The notes: generated from the sequence alone by a model not told the origin. 58,108 nucleotides of DNA from an uncultured Eubacteriales bacterium (GCA_963614875.1 CAVEFC010000004.1:1-58108); one strand, 5' to 3'. Counted from the first letter of the stretch, positions 19,392 to 26,164 are shown. Made by a program: numbers and translations.

Positions 19392-19467
19392 GAGAGACTG
19401 TATCGGATTCGAACCGACGACCCCCACGGAAGTGTGGTGCTCTACCAACTGAGCTAACCCGTCTCTC
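19392..19467 (-). tRNA. tRNA-like gene, non-canonical (possible pseudo-tRNA; anticodon region resembles Gly-UCC)
   Basis: The reverse complement reads GAGAGACGGGTTAGCTCAGTTGGTAGAGCACCACACTTCCGTGGGGGTCGTCGGTTCGAATCCGATACAGTCTCTC. The D arm (GCTC AGTTGGTA GAGC) and T arm (GTCGG TTCGAAT CCGAT) are canonical. The anticodon arm is 3 nt short, and the acceptor helix is extended and imperfect. Confidence 0.45.
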
Positions 19468-19494
19468 ATAATAATCCTTGTAAATTTCGCGCGG
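19465..19494 (-). promoter_or_regulatory. conserved phage promoter-like element, variant B (CGCGCG-17-TATGAG)
   Basis: Minus strand CCGCGCGAAATTTACAAGGATTATTATGAG, abutting the tRNA-like gene. Confidence 0.45.
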
Positions 19495-19495
19495 T

Positions 19496-19523
19496 AAAAA
19501 GAAAGAGCCGTTGTTGGCGGCTC
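19496..19523 (-). terminator. intrinsic terminator, family copy 1
   Basis: Minus strand GAGCCG-CCAACAA-CGGCTC followed by TTTCTTTTT. Confidence 0.7.
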
Positions 19524-19529
19524 CTCCTC

Positions 19530-19745
19530 TTATAAACCAACGCTATTAAGAATTTTCATCAGCTCATCTTTGTCAAGATCAGCGTCTACATCCAAATGAA
19601 CATGCGTCTTTCCGTCAACGACTGTGGCATTAACCTCGTTCAAATTCAGTTTTACATCATAACCGAATTTCTTTTTGATCACCATGCTCGCCAATTTCGA
19701 GATAATACTCGTAGTGAATTTAGATCCGATTTTCATTTCATCCAT
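19530..19745 (-). CDS. hypothetical protein (71 aa from ATG)
   Basis: AAAGGAG lies directly upstream of the ATG at 19745. Followed by a terminator at 19496-19523. Confidence 0.55.
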   Translation of the reverse strand: MDEMKIGSKFTTSIISKLASMVIKKKFGYDVKLNLNEVNATVVDGKTHVHLDVDADLDKDELMKILNSVGL

Positions 19746-19778
19746 GCTCCTTTTTACTCCTTTCAATGTGCATTGATT

Positions 19779-19807
19779 TCCATAATAGGAATTGTAATTT
19801 TGGCGAA
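19779..19807 (-). promoter_or_regulatory. conserved phage promoter-like element, type A (TTCGCC-17-TATGGA)
   Basis: Minus strand TTCGCCAAAATTACAATTCCTATTATGGA, upstream of 19530-19745. Confidence 0.5.
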
Positions 19808-19833
19808 AAAAGAAAAAGCCGTTGTAAGCGGCT
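19806..19833 (-). terminator. intrinsic terminator, family copy 2
   Basis: Minus strand AGCCG-CTTACAA-CGGCT followed by TTTTCTTTTTT. Confidence 0.7.
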
Positions 19834-19840
19834 CAGTTCT

Positions 19841-19990
19841 CTAACAGATCCAGTTTTCTTTTGCAAAGAACAGCGGAATTGCGATAAATGCAAGAATCAC
19901 CAATGCCGTTCCGTCGCCGTCGATAAGCATGGGCACATACCCTGCTGCCAGCAATAAAATTGCATAAAGCTTATTCTTCAGTGTTTTCAT
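19841..19990 (-). CDS. 49-aa membrane peptide (MKTLKNKLYAILLLAAGYVPMLIDGDGTALVILAFIAIPLFFAKENWIC)
   Basis: Not in the ORF track. GAAGGAG lies 9 nt upstream. A promoter-like element lies upstream and a terminator downstream. Confidence 0.45.
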   Translation of the reverse strand: MKTLKNKLYAILLLAAGYVPMLIDGDGTALVILAFIAIPLFFAKENWIC

Positions 19991-20022
19991 AATTCAATAT
20001 CTCCTTCAAAATATACAGATCT

Positions 20023-20051
20023 TTCATAAAGGGAGATGTGTTTTGAGCGAA
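20023..20051 (-). promoter_or_regulatory. conserved phage promoter-like element, type A (TTCGCT-17-TATGAA)
   Basis: Minus strand TTCGCTCAAAACACATCTCCCTTTATGAA, upstream of 19841-19990. Confidence 0.5.
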
Positions 20052-20052
20052 A

Positions 20053-20412
20053 CTATATATCCCGTCTGTCAAAAACCGTTTCCCATCGCTCTTTGGGAAT
20101 AGGTTTCATCTTGAGTGCCCACATAATCTGGCGAACCGTCACAGTCGGGTAAAGCCCGTTTGTGCAAGTTCCCGCACGTCTTTCGAAATATTCTCGGAAT
20201 TCGGGATGCAAATATAAAGCGTCCGTAATCCACGGATCAATTTCACTCCACCAAGTACTCTTTGTTCCGACGTCAAATCTTTGCTGAATAACAGCCAATC
20301 CTTTTCTCTCAATTCTGTATAGGGTACAACTGTCATACACCGGATGATTGCAAATATAACGTTCTCCGTAAAGCGACAGATAAATAGTCGGCTTCCCGAA
20401 ATGATATCTCAT
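20053..20412 (-). CDS. conserved hypothetical protein (119 aa)
   Basis: GGAG RBS. The amino-acid composition is typical of a real coding region. No recognised motif. Confidence 0.6.
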   Translation of the reverse strand: MRYHFGKPTIYLSLYGERYICNHPVYDSCTLYRIERKGLAVIQQRFDVGTKSTWWSEIDPWITDALYLHPEFREYFERRAGTCTNGLYPTVTVRQIMWALKMKPIPKERWETVFDRRDI

Positions 20413-20425
20413 ATCAATTTACTCC

Positions 20426-20461
20426 AAAAAATAAAAGAAAAAGAGTCCTCGTCAGGACTCT
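20426..20461 (-). terminator. intrinsic terminator
   Basis: Minus strand AGAGTCC-TGACGA-GGACTCT followed by TTTTCTTTTATTTTTT. Confidence 0.7.
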
Positions 20462-20485
20462 TTCCCCTTTTGCCAATAATCTTAG

Positions 20486-20701
20486 TTAGTCGTCGCAGAC
20501 CTCTTCTTTGGTCGGATATAAGGCATCGTAATCCTCGTCTTTCTCGAAGCCATAGTGTTCCAGATCTACGGAGTGACCGCAGTGAGGACAGACAAGTGTG
20601 TCTTCCCATTCGTCCTCAAATTCCATGCGTTCTCCGCATTTACTGCAAATATACCGTCCCGTAAGCAGAGCTTCAATCTGCGCGTTGTTTAATAAGTTCA
20701 T
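20486..20701 (-). CDS. Zn-ribbon protein (71 aa)
   Basis: CSKCGERMEF...CPHCGHSV. AAGGAGG RBS. It has its own near-consensus promoter and a terminator. Confidence 0.6.
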   Translation of the reverse strand: MNLLNNAQIEALLTGRYICSKCGERMEFEDEWEDTLVCPHCGHSVDLEHYGFEKDEDYDALYPTKEEVCDD

Positions 20702-20737
20702 TGCAAATTACCTCCTTGATAATATGTGGCTATATTC

Positions 20738-20766
20738 ATTATAATCGCCATCAGTATTTTAATCAA
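20738..20766 (-). promoter_or_regulatory. near-consensus sigma-A promoter (TTGATT-17-TATAAT)
   Basis: On the minus strand, TTGATT is the reverse complement of 20761-20766, followed by a 17-nt spacer, then TATAAT (reverse complement of 20738-20743). It lies upstream of 20486-20701. Confidence 0.6.
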
Positions 20767-20822
20767 GAGATAAAAAGCACTTTTACATCTCTCATAATAG
20801 TCGTTGCAAATTACGTGAAGGG

Positions 20823-20860
20823 CAAAAACGAAGAGACCATGTTTTTCACACGATCTCTTC
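20823..20860 (-). terminator. intrinsic terminator
   Basis: Minus strand GAAGAGA...TCTCTTC followed by GTTTTTG. Confidence 0.5.
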
Positions 20861-20875
20861 ATTTTCGGAACCGGT

Positions 20876-21268
20876 TTACTTCTTAGTCGGTTTGAATCGA
20901 CTGAATAAACCTCTGAATGTCTGGGAAGTGAATGTCCCGTCCGTTTCGAATTTGAAACCTCGTCTCATCCAGATGCCGTAGAATATCAACGGCAATATCA
21001 GTTCGGCAGTGGCAATACCTACTCTGAAATATCGATCTTTGACTGCCTCCGCCAGTTGAGCAGCTTTGAAGTCCTGATCGGTTTTCTGATTTCCGATCTT
21101 CTCCAGATGCTCATCGGCATTCTTGTCCTCTTCGAGCTTCAGTTTGTACAGCTTTGTCAAACTGTCTACAGCCGAAGAATGTTCTTGGCTTCCGGATTCA
21201 AGAGTTCCCAAATATTCAATTTCGGCTCTGATCTCCTCTTCCAACAATCTTTTGTTTTCTTCACCCAT
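20876..21268 (-). CDS. coiled-coil plus C-terminal membrane segment protein (130 aa)
   Basis: RBS GAAAGGAG. Hydrophobic IATAELILPLIFYGIW near the C-terminus. Confidence 0.6.
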   Translation of the reverse strand: MGEENKRLLEEEIRAEIEYLGTLESGSQEHSSAVDSLTKLYKLKLEEDKNADEHLEKIGNQKTDQDFKAAQLAEAVKDRYFRVGIATAELILPLIFYGIWMRRGFKFETDGTFTSQTFRGLFSRFKPTKK

Positions 21269-21298
21269 ATTCGTTTTCTCCTTTCGTTATAATAGGGT

Positions 21299-21328
21299 TC
21301 CATAAAAGGAAGTGTTATTTTGGCGGAA
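21299..21328 (-). promoter_or_regulatory. conserved phage promoter-like element, type A (TTCCGC-18-TATGGA)
   Basis: Minus strand TTCCGCCAAAATAACACTTCCTTTTATGGA, upstream of 20876-21268. Confidence 0.45.
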
Positions 21329-21530
21329 GAAAGTTCTCCCGCTTCACTTCCAGCAAGACTGTTTTCCTCGATTCAAGGTTGCTGACGCTCTCTTTAATTT
21401 CAAGAAAAAGATAAGGACCGTCGGAATCGGACTTATCTATCCGCAAAACGCCGACAGCCTTTCTTCTTCGAAATATAAAAGAGAGTGCGATGCCAATTGC
21501 GATTCCTGTCGCCAGCAAAATAATTTCCAT
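21315..21530 (-). CDS. small membrane protein (71 aa from internal ATG)
   Basis: GGAAAGGAGGAG precedes the ATG at 21530. TM segment IILLATGIAIGIALSFIF. Confidence 0.5.
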   Translation of the reverse strand: MEIILLATGIAIGIALSFIFRRRKAVGVLRIDKSDSDGPYLFLEIKESVSNLESRKTVLLEVKRENFLPPK

Positions 21531-21645
21531 AAACTCCTCCTTTCCAAATTGTTTTCCCAAAATCTCCACCCGGGAATTTTTCCGAATACTAATTTACCAC
21601 ATCTTTCTGTTACCTCTGTCCGGTTTTTAATCTAAGTTAGAAAGA

Positions 21646-21676
21646 AAAAAAAAGAAAGAGCCGTTGTTAGCGGCTC
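21646..21676 (-). terminator. intrinsic terminator, family copy 3
   Basis: Minus strand GAGCCG-CTAACAA-CGGCTC followed by TTTCTTTTTTTTT. Confidence 0.7.
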
Positions 21677-21691
21677 AATCTCTTTCAGTAG

Positions 21692-21919
21692 TTACATCAC
21701 TTCTTTAATTGTCAGTTTTAACGCTTCCGCTGCTGCTTTTGCATCGTAAGTTTTAGCAAGTGACATTGCTCTATATCCATCTGCCATCAGATTAAACGCC
21801 TGTGCTTTTTGCGTTTGTCTAATACCGAGTGCAGCAGGTACAATAGACAACATCAAGATACCTCCTGATACTACAGCAAATGCCGTCGCATAGGTTAAAA
21901 CCTTGTTTTCTTTTTCCAT
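21692..21919 (-). CDS. small membrane protein (75 aa)
   Basis: RBS AAAGGAG. TM segment ATAFAVVSGGILMLSIVPAAL. Terminator downstream. Confidence 0.55.
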   Translation of the reverse strand: MEKENKVLTYATAFAVVSGGILMLSIVPAALGIRQTQKAQAFNLMADGYRAMSLAKTYDAKAAAEALKLTIKEVM

Positions 21920-21933
21920 GAAATATCACTCCT

Positions 21934-21962
21934 TTCATAAAGGAACCTGTTATTTCTGCGAA
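21934..21962 (-). promoter_or_regulatory. conserved phage promoter-like element, type A (TTCGCA-17-TATGAA)
   Basis: Minus strand TTCGCAGAAATAACAGGTTCCTTTATGAA, upstream of 21692-21919. Confidence 0.5.
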
Positions 21963-22156
21963 CTGTCATAGACAATCTTTTTTCTCAGATCCGACCATGA
22001 AATATAACGGTCTTTACGGCAGATCGGGCAATAAAATTTGTTCACCTTGCCACCGATGTCCGTAAGCTCGTTGCTATCGGCTTCGAGTCTGCTCTGGCAA
22101 TTCGGGCAGTTGAAGCGATAGACTTTCTTTACTGCGATATCTACAATTTTCATCAT
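21950..22156 (-). CDS. Zn-ribbon protein (68 aa)
   Basis: CPNCQSRLE...CPICRKD. Its start overlaps the upstream stop (ATGA). Confidence 0.55.
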   Translation of the reverse strand: MMKIVDIAVKKVYRFNCPNCQSRLEADSNELTDIGGKVNKFYCPICRKDRYISWSDLRKKIVYDSSQK

Positions 22157-22572
22157 TGTCTCTCCTTGCTCAGTAACCAGAAAAAGCGTCTGTACAAGTC
22201 GTAATATGTGTCCTTACAACAAGGGATTCCCGTTCTGGCTTTCAAATGATCGTATGAGATGCCCTCCGTTATGGCTTTCAGAATATAACAGGCGAGGGAC
22301 TCATCTGTTTCTTTGGCTACACGTTCTACCATTTCTATTCGTCTGGCGTAGAACAGCCTCTCGTCGACGTGCATGCTGATCGGGTCACGAAGTTTATTTG
22401 TTTTGCACGGCGGAACCGGATTGATTGCGGCGCTCGGAAAATAAATCAGCGAATTATACAGACGTTTCCATCGCGGGTATTGCAGACAGAAATGTTTCAG
22501 CTCGTAGTACCGATGCCTTTCAATCCAATATTGGTTTTTCTCGGACAGCTCCGGACGGATGGTTGTACTCAT
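22153..22572 (-). CDS. putative phage transcription activator (sigma region-4 / RinA-ArpU-like)
   Basis: 139 aa. The position after the lysogeny region, the N-terminal YYELKHFCLQYPRWK and a C-terminal HTH-like ITEGISYDHLKARTGIP fit this class. Weak similarity, from memory. Confidence 0.35.
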   Translation of the reverse strand: MSTTIRPELSEKNQYWIERHRYYELKHFCLQYPRWKRLYNSLIYFPSAAINPVPPCKTNKLRDPISMHVDERLFYARRIEMVERVAKETDESLACYILKAITEGISYDHLKARTGIPCCKDTYYDLYRRFFWLLSKERQ

Positions 22573-22820
22573 ACCCGCTCACCCCTCCAGACATAACCGG
22601 TTTCCTGATACAGCAGCTTTGGGGAAATATAAAAGTTGATTCGCCCGTACTTTGAATTCATTTCCTCAAGCTTAGTAACCAGTTTTCCGTTTCTTGTGGC
22701 TTTGCCTATCGGCAGCCAGCCGGACACAATGCCGGCTCTGACCCAGGACGTGTCCTTACCGTACACCCTTGCGGCGACGGTTACAGGTACAGATCCCGAT
22801 GCAAATGTTATTTCATTCAT
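22569..22820 (-). CDS. small DNA-binding (excisionase/HTH-like) protein
   Basis: AAAGGAGG precedes the ATG at 22820. The segment VTVAARVYGKDTSWVRAGIVSG resembles excisionase-type HTH proteins. Confidence 0.35.
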   Translation of the reverse strand: MNEITFASGSVPVTVAARVYGKDTSWVRAGIVSGWLPIGKATRNGKLVTKLEEMNSKYGRINFYISPKLLYQETGYVWRGERV

Positions 22821-22853
22821 TGGCGTTTGCCTCCTTTCAACCACTATTTTAGG

Positions 22854-23183
22854 TTAGGAACGGCTTCTTGTAAAAACAACCTCAGTGGAAATAACCTTCC
22901 AGCGGAACATCGTCATTTCGCAGGGATAATCCTCAAAGCCAAGAGTTTCGCTGGTGATAAGCCCCTCTATTACGCCAATGATAATATCGGCTTCATATTG
23001 CTTATACGGAAATATAAAATCGGGCAGCGCTCTGTGTATCGAATGACACTTTGTGCAGCGTAGTCTGCGGAGCAATACGTTCTTTTTATGACCGTATTTC
23101 GTCCGGACAAGTCTTTTCACGCTATCATAGTATTTAAGTGTACCTTTGCATTTGGGGCAGATTGATTCGTTGTCACTAATCAT
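22854..23183 (-). CDS. Zn-ribbon protein (109 aa), first gene of the leftward operon
   Basis: CPKCKG...CTKCH. Divergent from int across a 100-bp control region. Confidence 0.6.
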   Translation of the reverse strand: MISDNESICPKCKGTLKYYDSVKRLVRTKYGHKKNVLLRRLRCTKCHSIHRALPDFIFPYKQYEADIIIGVIEGLITSETLGFEDYPCEMTMFRWKVISTEVVFTRSRS

Positions 23184-23222
23184 AGGATCTCTCTTTTCTG
23201 ATAAAAAAGTTTGGTATAGGAG

Positions 23223-23251
23223 TTGACAAATCCTACATTATGATATATGAT
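23223..23251 (+). promoter_or_regulatory. sigma-A-type promoter for int (TTGACA-17-TATGAT)
   Basis: TTGACA at 23223-23228, a 17-nt spacer, TATGAT at 23246-23251. The spacer contains TCCTACAT, also found in the att-proximal repeats. The inverted repeat ATTGAT-5-ATCAAT at 23253-23269 follows. Confidence 0.55.
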
Positions 23252-23284
23252 TATTGATAGCAAATCAATAGGGGGTGATAAACA

Positions 23285-24517
23285 ATGCTTATAAAATGCC
23301 CCGAATGCGAATTACAGGTCAGTGACAAGGCTTCGACTTGTCCTCACTGCGGCTATCCTTTGCAGGCAAATATAAAACCGCGCAAACCCCGGAATAAGAA
23401 TAATAAACGAAGACGGTTGCCGAACGGCTTCGGACAGATAAGTGAAATCAAAAACCGAAATCTTCGTAATCCGTTTCGTGCAATGGTAAGCGTCGGGAAA
23501 GATATAAACGGCAGACCTATCTGCAAACCGTTGAAACCGGAATCATACTTTCCGACTTATAATGACGCATATGCAGCTCTTGTGGAATATAACAAGAATC
23601 CTTATGATCTGGGGGCATCTATTACCGTTAAAGAACTTTATGAAAAATGGTTCGTTGAATACGAAAAGAGCGTTAAAACCGGTGGTCCTATGACATACGC
23701 TTGGCAATATTGCTCGGCTGTATACGATATGAGAGTAAAAGACATTCGTGCCCGTCACATCAAAGGGTGCATCGACGAAGGAACCGTGACAGTCAAAGGG
23801 CGAACACAAACTCCGAACGCCCTTATGAAAAAGCAAATCAAATCGTTGTTTAATATCATGCTGGACTACGCTCTCGAATATGAGATCGTTGACCGAAACT
23901 ATTCTCGCACATTCAGTCTCAGCGATGAAACGGTCAAAGAGCTTGATATGGTTAAAAATGAGCACATTCCGTTTACAAATGAAGAAATGGATTTGCTTTG
24001 GGCGCATGCCGATGATAAAATGCTGGTAGATATCATTCTTATACAGTGCTACTCCGGCTGGCGTCCAAGAGAACTCAGTTTAATTGAGTTACAAAATACA
24101 GATCTTGAGAATTGGATTTTCAAAGGCGGCATGAAAACCGATGCCGGCACGGATAGAGTTGTCCCGATACATTCTAAAATTCGTTATCTGGTTGAACGAA
24201 AATATAAAGAGGCACAGAAGCTCGGTAGCCCGTACCTTTTCAATTATTCAAATCTGAACTCCAGAAGCAATTCCACTTTTCTGTCATATTCCAGATATCA
24301 AAAAGCTTTCGATATGATCAAAACCGAGTTAAATCTGAATCCTGAACACCGCCCGCACGATGGTCGCAAACACTTTATCACTATGGCTAAAAAATACGGT
24401 GTTGACGAGTATGCCATTAAATATATGGTGGGGCATCAGATCTCCGACATCACGGAAAAAGTTTATACACAGAGAGAATTTGAGTGGCTTAAAGATGAAA
24501 TCGAAAAAATAAAATAG
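23285..24517 (+). CDS. int: tyrosine site-specific integrase with N-terminal Zn ribbon
   Basis: 410 aa. N-terminal CPECE...CPHCG. C-terminal catalytic signature ...HRPHDGRKHF...MVGHQ...KVYTQ (R-H-R-Y type). Confidence 0.9.
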   Translation: MLIKCPECELQVSDKASTCPHCGYPLQANIKPRKPRNKNNKRRRLPNGFGQISEIKNRNLRNPFRAMVSVGKDINGRPICKPLKPESYFPTYNDAYAALVEYNKNPYDLGASITVKELYEKWFVEYEKSVKTGGPMTYAWQYCSAVYDMRVKDIRARHIKGCIDEGTVTVKGRTQTPNALMKKQIKSLFNIMLDYALEYEIVDRNYSRTFSLSDETVKELDMVKNEHIPFTNEEMDLLWAHADDKMLVDIILIQCYSGWRPRELSLIELQNTDLENWIFKGGMKTDAGTDRVVPIHSKIRYLVERKYKEAQKLGSPYLFNYSNLNSRSNSTFLSYSRYQKAFDMIKTELNLNPEHRPHDGRKHFITMAKKYGVDEYAIKYMVGHQISDITEKVYTQREFEWLKDEIEKIK

Positions 24518-24597
24518 ATTGCACAAAAAAAAAGAAAAGCCTCCTCGAAGGGAGAACGCCAATTAAGGCGCTCGCCGCAACAAGAAGGCAAAATATA

Positions 24598-24656
24598 AAT
24601 GTAGGAATATACTGTGTATAAGTAGTGTAGGAATAATGCACGAGTTACCTACATTT
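24598..24656. repeat. att-proximal repeats (putative integrase arm sites)
   Basis: AAATGTAGG (24598-24606) and CCTACATTT (24648-24656) are inverted. GTAGGAATA occurs directly repeated twice in between. Confidence 0.4.
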
Positions 24657-24730
24657 CTCGACATTCATCTACTTTTAACTACCCTAAAAACAGTGTAAAT
24701 ACAGGGTTTTAGAAGCACGTATATGCAAGA

Positions 24731-24888
24731 TACTTTTCTTTGAAAAGAAAAGTAGGCAAAAGAAACTTCGGTTAAATTGTTTTGTGCAAAGTTTATAATA
24801 CCTGCATAGACAGGACTTATAAAAAAGCAAAAGAAACTTCAATTATCGGCGACGATATACAGATTTTTCAATGCCTGCGCAGACGGAT
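24731..24888 (+). repeat. hairpin plus about 2 copies of the 71-74-bp GCAAAAGAA...CTGCGCAGACGG repeat family
   Basis: A perfect 10-bp stem TACTTTTCTT/AAGAAAAGTA lies at 24731-24753. Units start at 24756 and 24827. The same family occurs at 50785-51090. Confidence 0.8.
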
Positions 24889-25027
24889 GAGGCGTGCCCT
24901 CTCACCCGACTTCGTCGGGAGCTCTCCCAAAGGGCGAGCCTGAAAACAAGCACACCCCCATAAAACCTCCCTCCGCACGTTTTAATCACAACAAAAAATT
25001 TTATTTATTATAAAGGAAGAAAAAATT

Positions 25028-26152
25028 ATGTACACAAATCAGCATCCTGAAATTCAGCCCGATACGCTCAACGAAATTCTTGCCCTTCGTCCCGAAGGCG
25101 CGGAAAACTGCAAAAAAACCGTTTCTGATCTTCACGACCGTATGAAAGGTGCGGTTATAGGAAGATTTGCCGGCTGCGTTCTCGGTATACCCGTAGAGCT
25201 TTACAAAATGTCGGATATGCAGGCGCTCGCTATGGAATGCAATATGCAGTATCCGCCCGTTGATTATTGGACAGGAACCGATCATCCCGAAAAAATTCAC
25301 TATCAGGTAAACAACAGAACCGAATATATTCTTGAAAATATAAACAAGGTTCCGGTTGATGACGACATAACCTATACCATTCTCAATCTGCTTCTTCTCG
25401 AAAAATACGGAAAAGGCTACACGGTAGACGATGCCGGCAAGTTCTGGCTCGATTATCTTCCCTATGCCTGCACCGCGGAAAGCGAAGCGCTTATGCAGCT
25501 TCGTGCGGGAACAAAGGCAGAAAGCGCGGCAAACTTCAACAATTATGTTGAATGGATAGGCGCAGCCATCAGAGCGGACGCTTTCGGATATGCGGAAGCC
25601 GGCGATCCCGAAGCCGCCGCAAAGCTTTCTTATCCGGACGCTTATCTTACCCATCGTCAGAACGGTATTTACGGTGAAATGTTCTGTGCGGCAACCGTTG
25701 CGGCAGCTTTCACGGCAGAAACTCCTCTCGACGCGGTAAAAGAAGGTATGAAGCAGATCCCGAAGGAATCCGAGCTTTATAAAGAGCTTGAATGGGCGTT
25801 CTCCTGCGAAGAAAAGGTTACAAACTATATCCGTGCGCGTCAGCTTCTTGACGAGCATTTCCCCAAAATGCACCCCGTTCATACAATAAACAATATGTGC
25901 GCTATCGTTTTCGCGCTTATGCTCGGCGGAAAGGATTATACAAAATGCATAGGCAACTGCGTTGCGATAGGTCTTGATAACGACTGTACGGGCGCGACCG
26001 TCGGCAGTATCGTCGGCGCCTGCATAGGCTTCAAAAACATTCCTGAGCATTGGTACAAGAACTTCAACAACACCGTTATGACATATATAAACGAGCATCC
26101 CGCCCTCGCCCTTGACGACGTTATCGACAGATTCGTAAAGCTCAACGGCTGA
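25028..26152 (+). CDS. ADP-ribosylglycohydrolase family protein
   Basis: 374 aa. Motifs GAVIGRFAGCVLGIPVE, VDDDITYT and GLDNDCTGATVGSIVGA are typical of the ARH/DraG family. Confidence 0.85.
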   Translation: MYTNQHPEIQPDTLNEILALRPEGAENCKKTVSDLHDRMKGAVIGRFAGCVLGIPVELYKMSDMQALAMECNMQYPPVDYWTGTDHPEKIHYQVNNRTEYILENINKVPVDDDITYTILNLLLLEKYGKGYTVDDAGKFWLDYLPYACTAESEALMQLRAGTKAESAANFNNYVEWIGAAIRADAFGYAEAGDPEAAAKLSYPDAYLTHRQNGIYGEMFCAATVAAAFTAETPLDAVKEGMKQIPKESELYKELEWAFSCEEKVTNYIRARQLLDEHFPKMHPVHTINNMCAIVFALMLGGKDYTKCIGNCVAIGLDNDCTGATVGSIVGACIGFKNIPEHWYKNFNNTVMTYINEHPALALDDVIDRFVKLNG

Positions 26153-26164
26153 TAAAACAAAAAA

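Larger units (their letters stand above)
1..24660. mobile_element. Integrated phage-like element, right-hand ~24.6 kb (left end outside the window)
   Basis: A tyrosine integrase sits at the right edge. Leftward-transcribed regulatory, small accessory, replication (PolB fusion, SSB-like, SF2 helicase) and nucleotide-metabolism (ThyX-like, NrdDG) genes follow, with GGAGG-type RBSs and frequent 4-nt start/stop overlaps. My spot counts of single 60-nt lines gave about 33-47 % GC here versus about 53 % in the core block. No virion genes lie in the window, so phage versus another self-replicating integrative element is not settled. Confidence 0.7.

Noticed and set aside
24535-24554. The 18-mer AAAAGCC(T/A)CCTCGAAGGG occurs both after int (24535-24552) and before the R-M island (51156-51173). 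I considered it as a shared att core.
   Set aside because: Both copies are simply A-run plus short GC hairpins, terminator-like on the minus strand. A similar hairpin occurs at 49275-49296. The order relative to the 74-bp repeats differs at the two sites, so a shared att core is not supported.
25001-26098. 365-aa minus-strand ORF, antisense to the ADP-ribosylglycohydrolase gene
   Set aside because: The plus-strand ORF carries clear family motifs. The antisense translation carries none.
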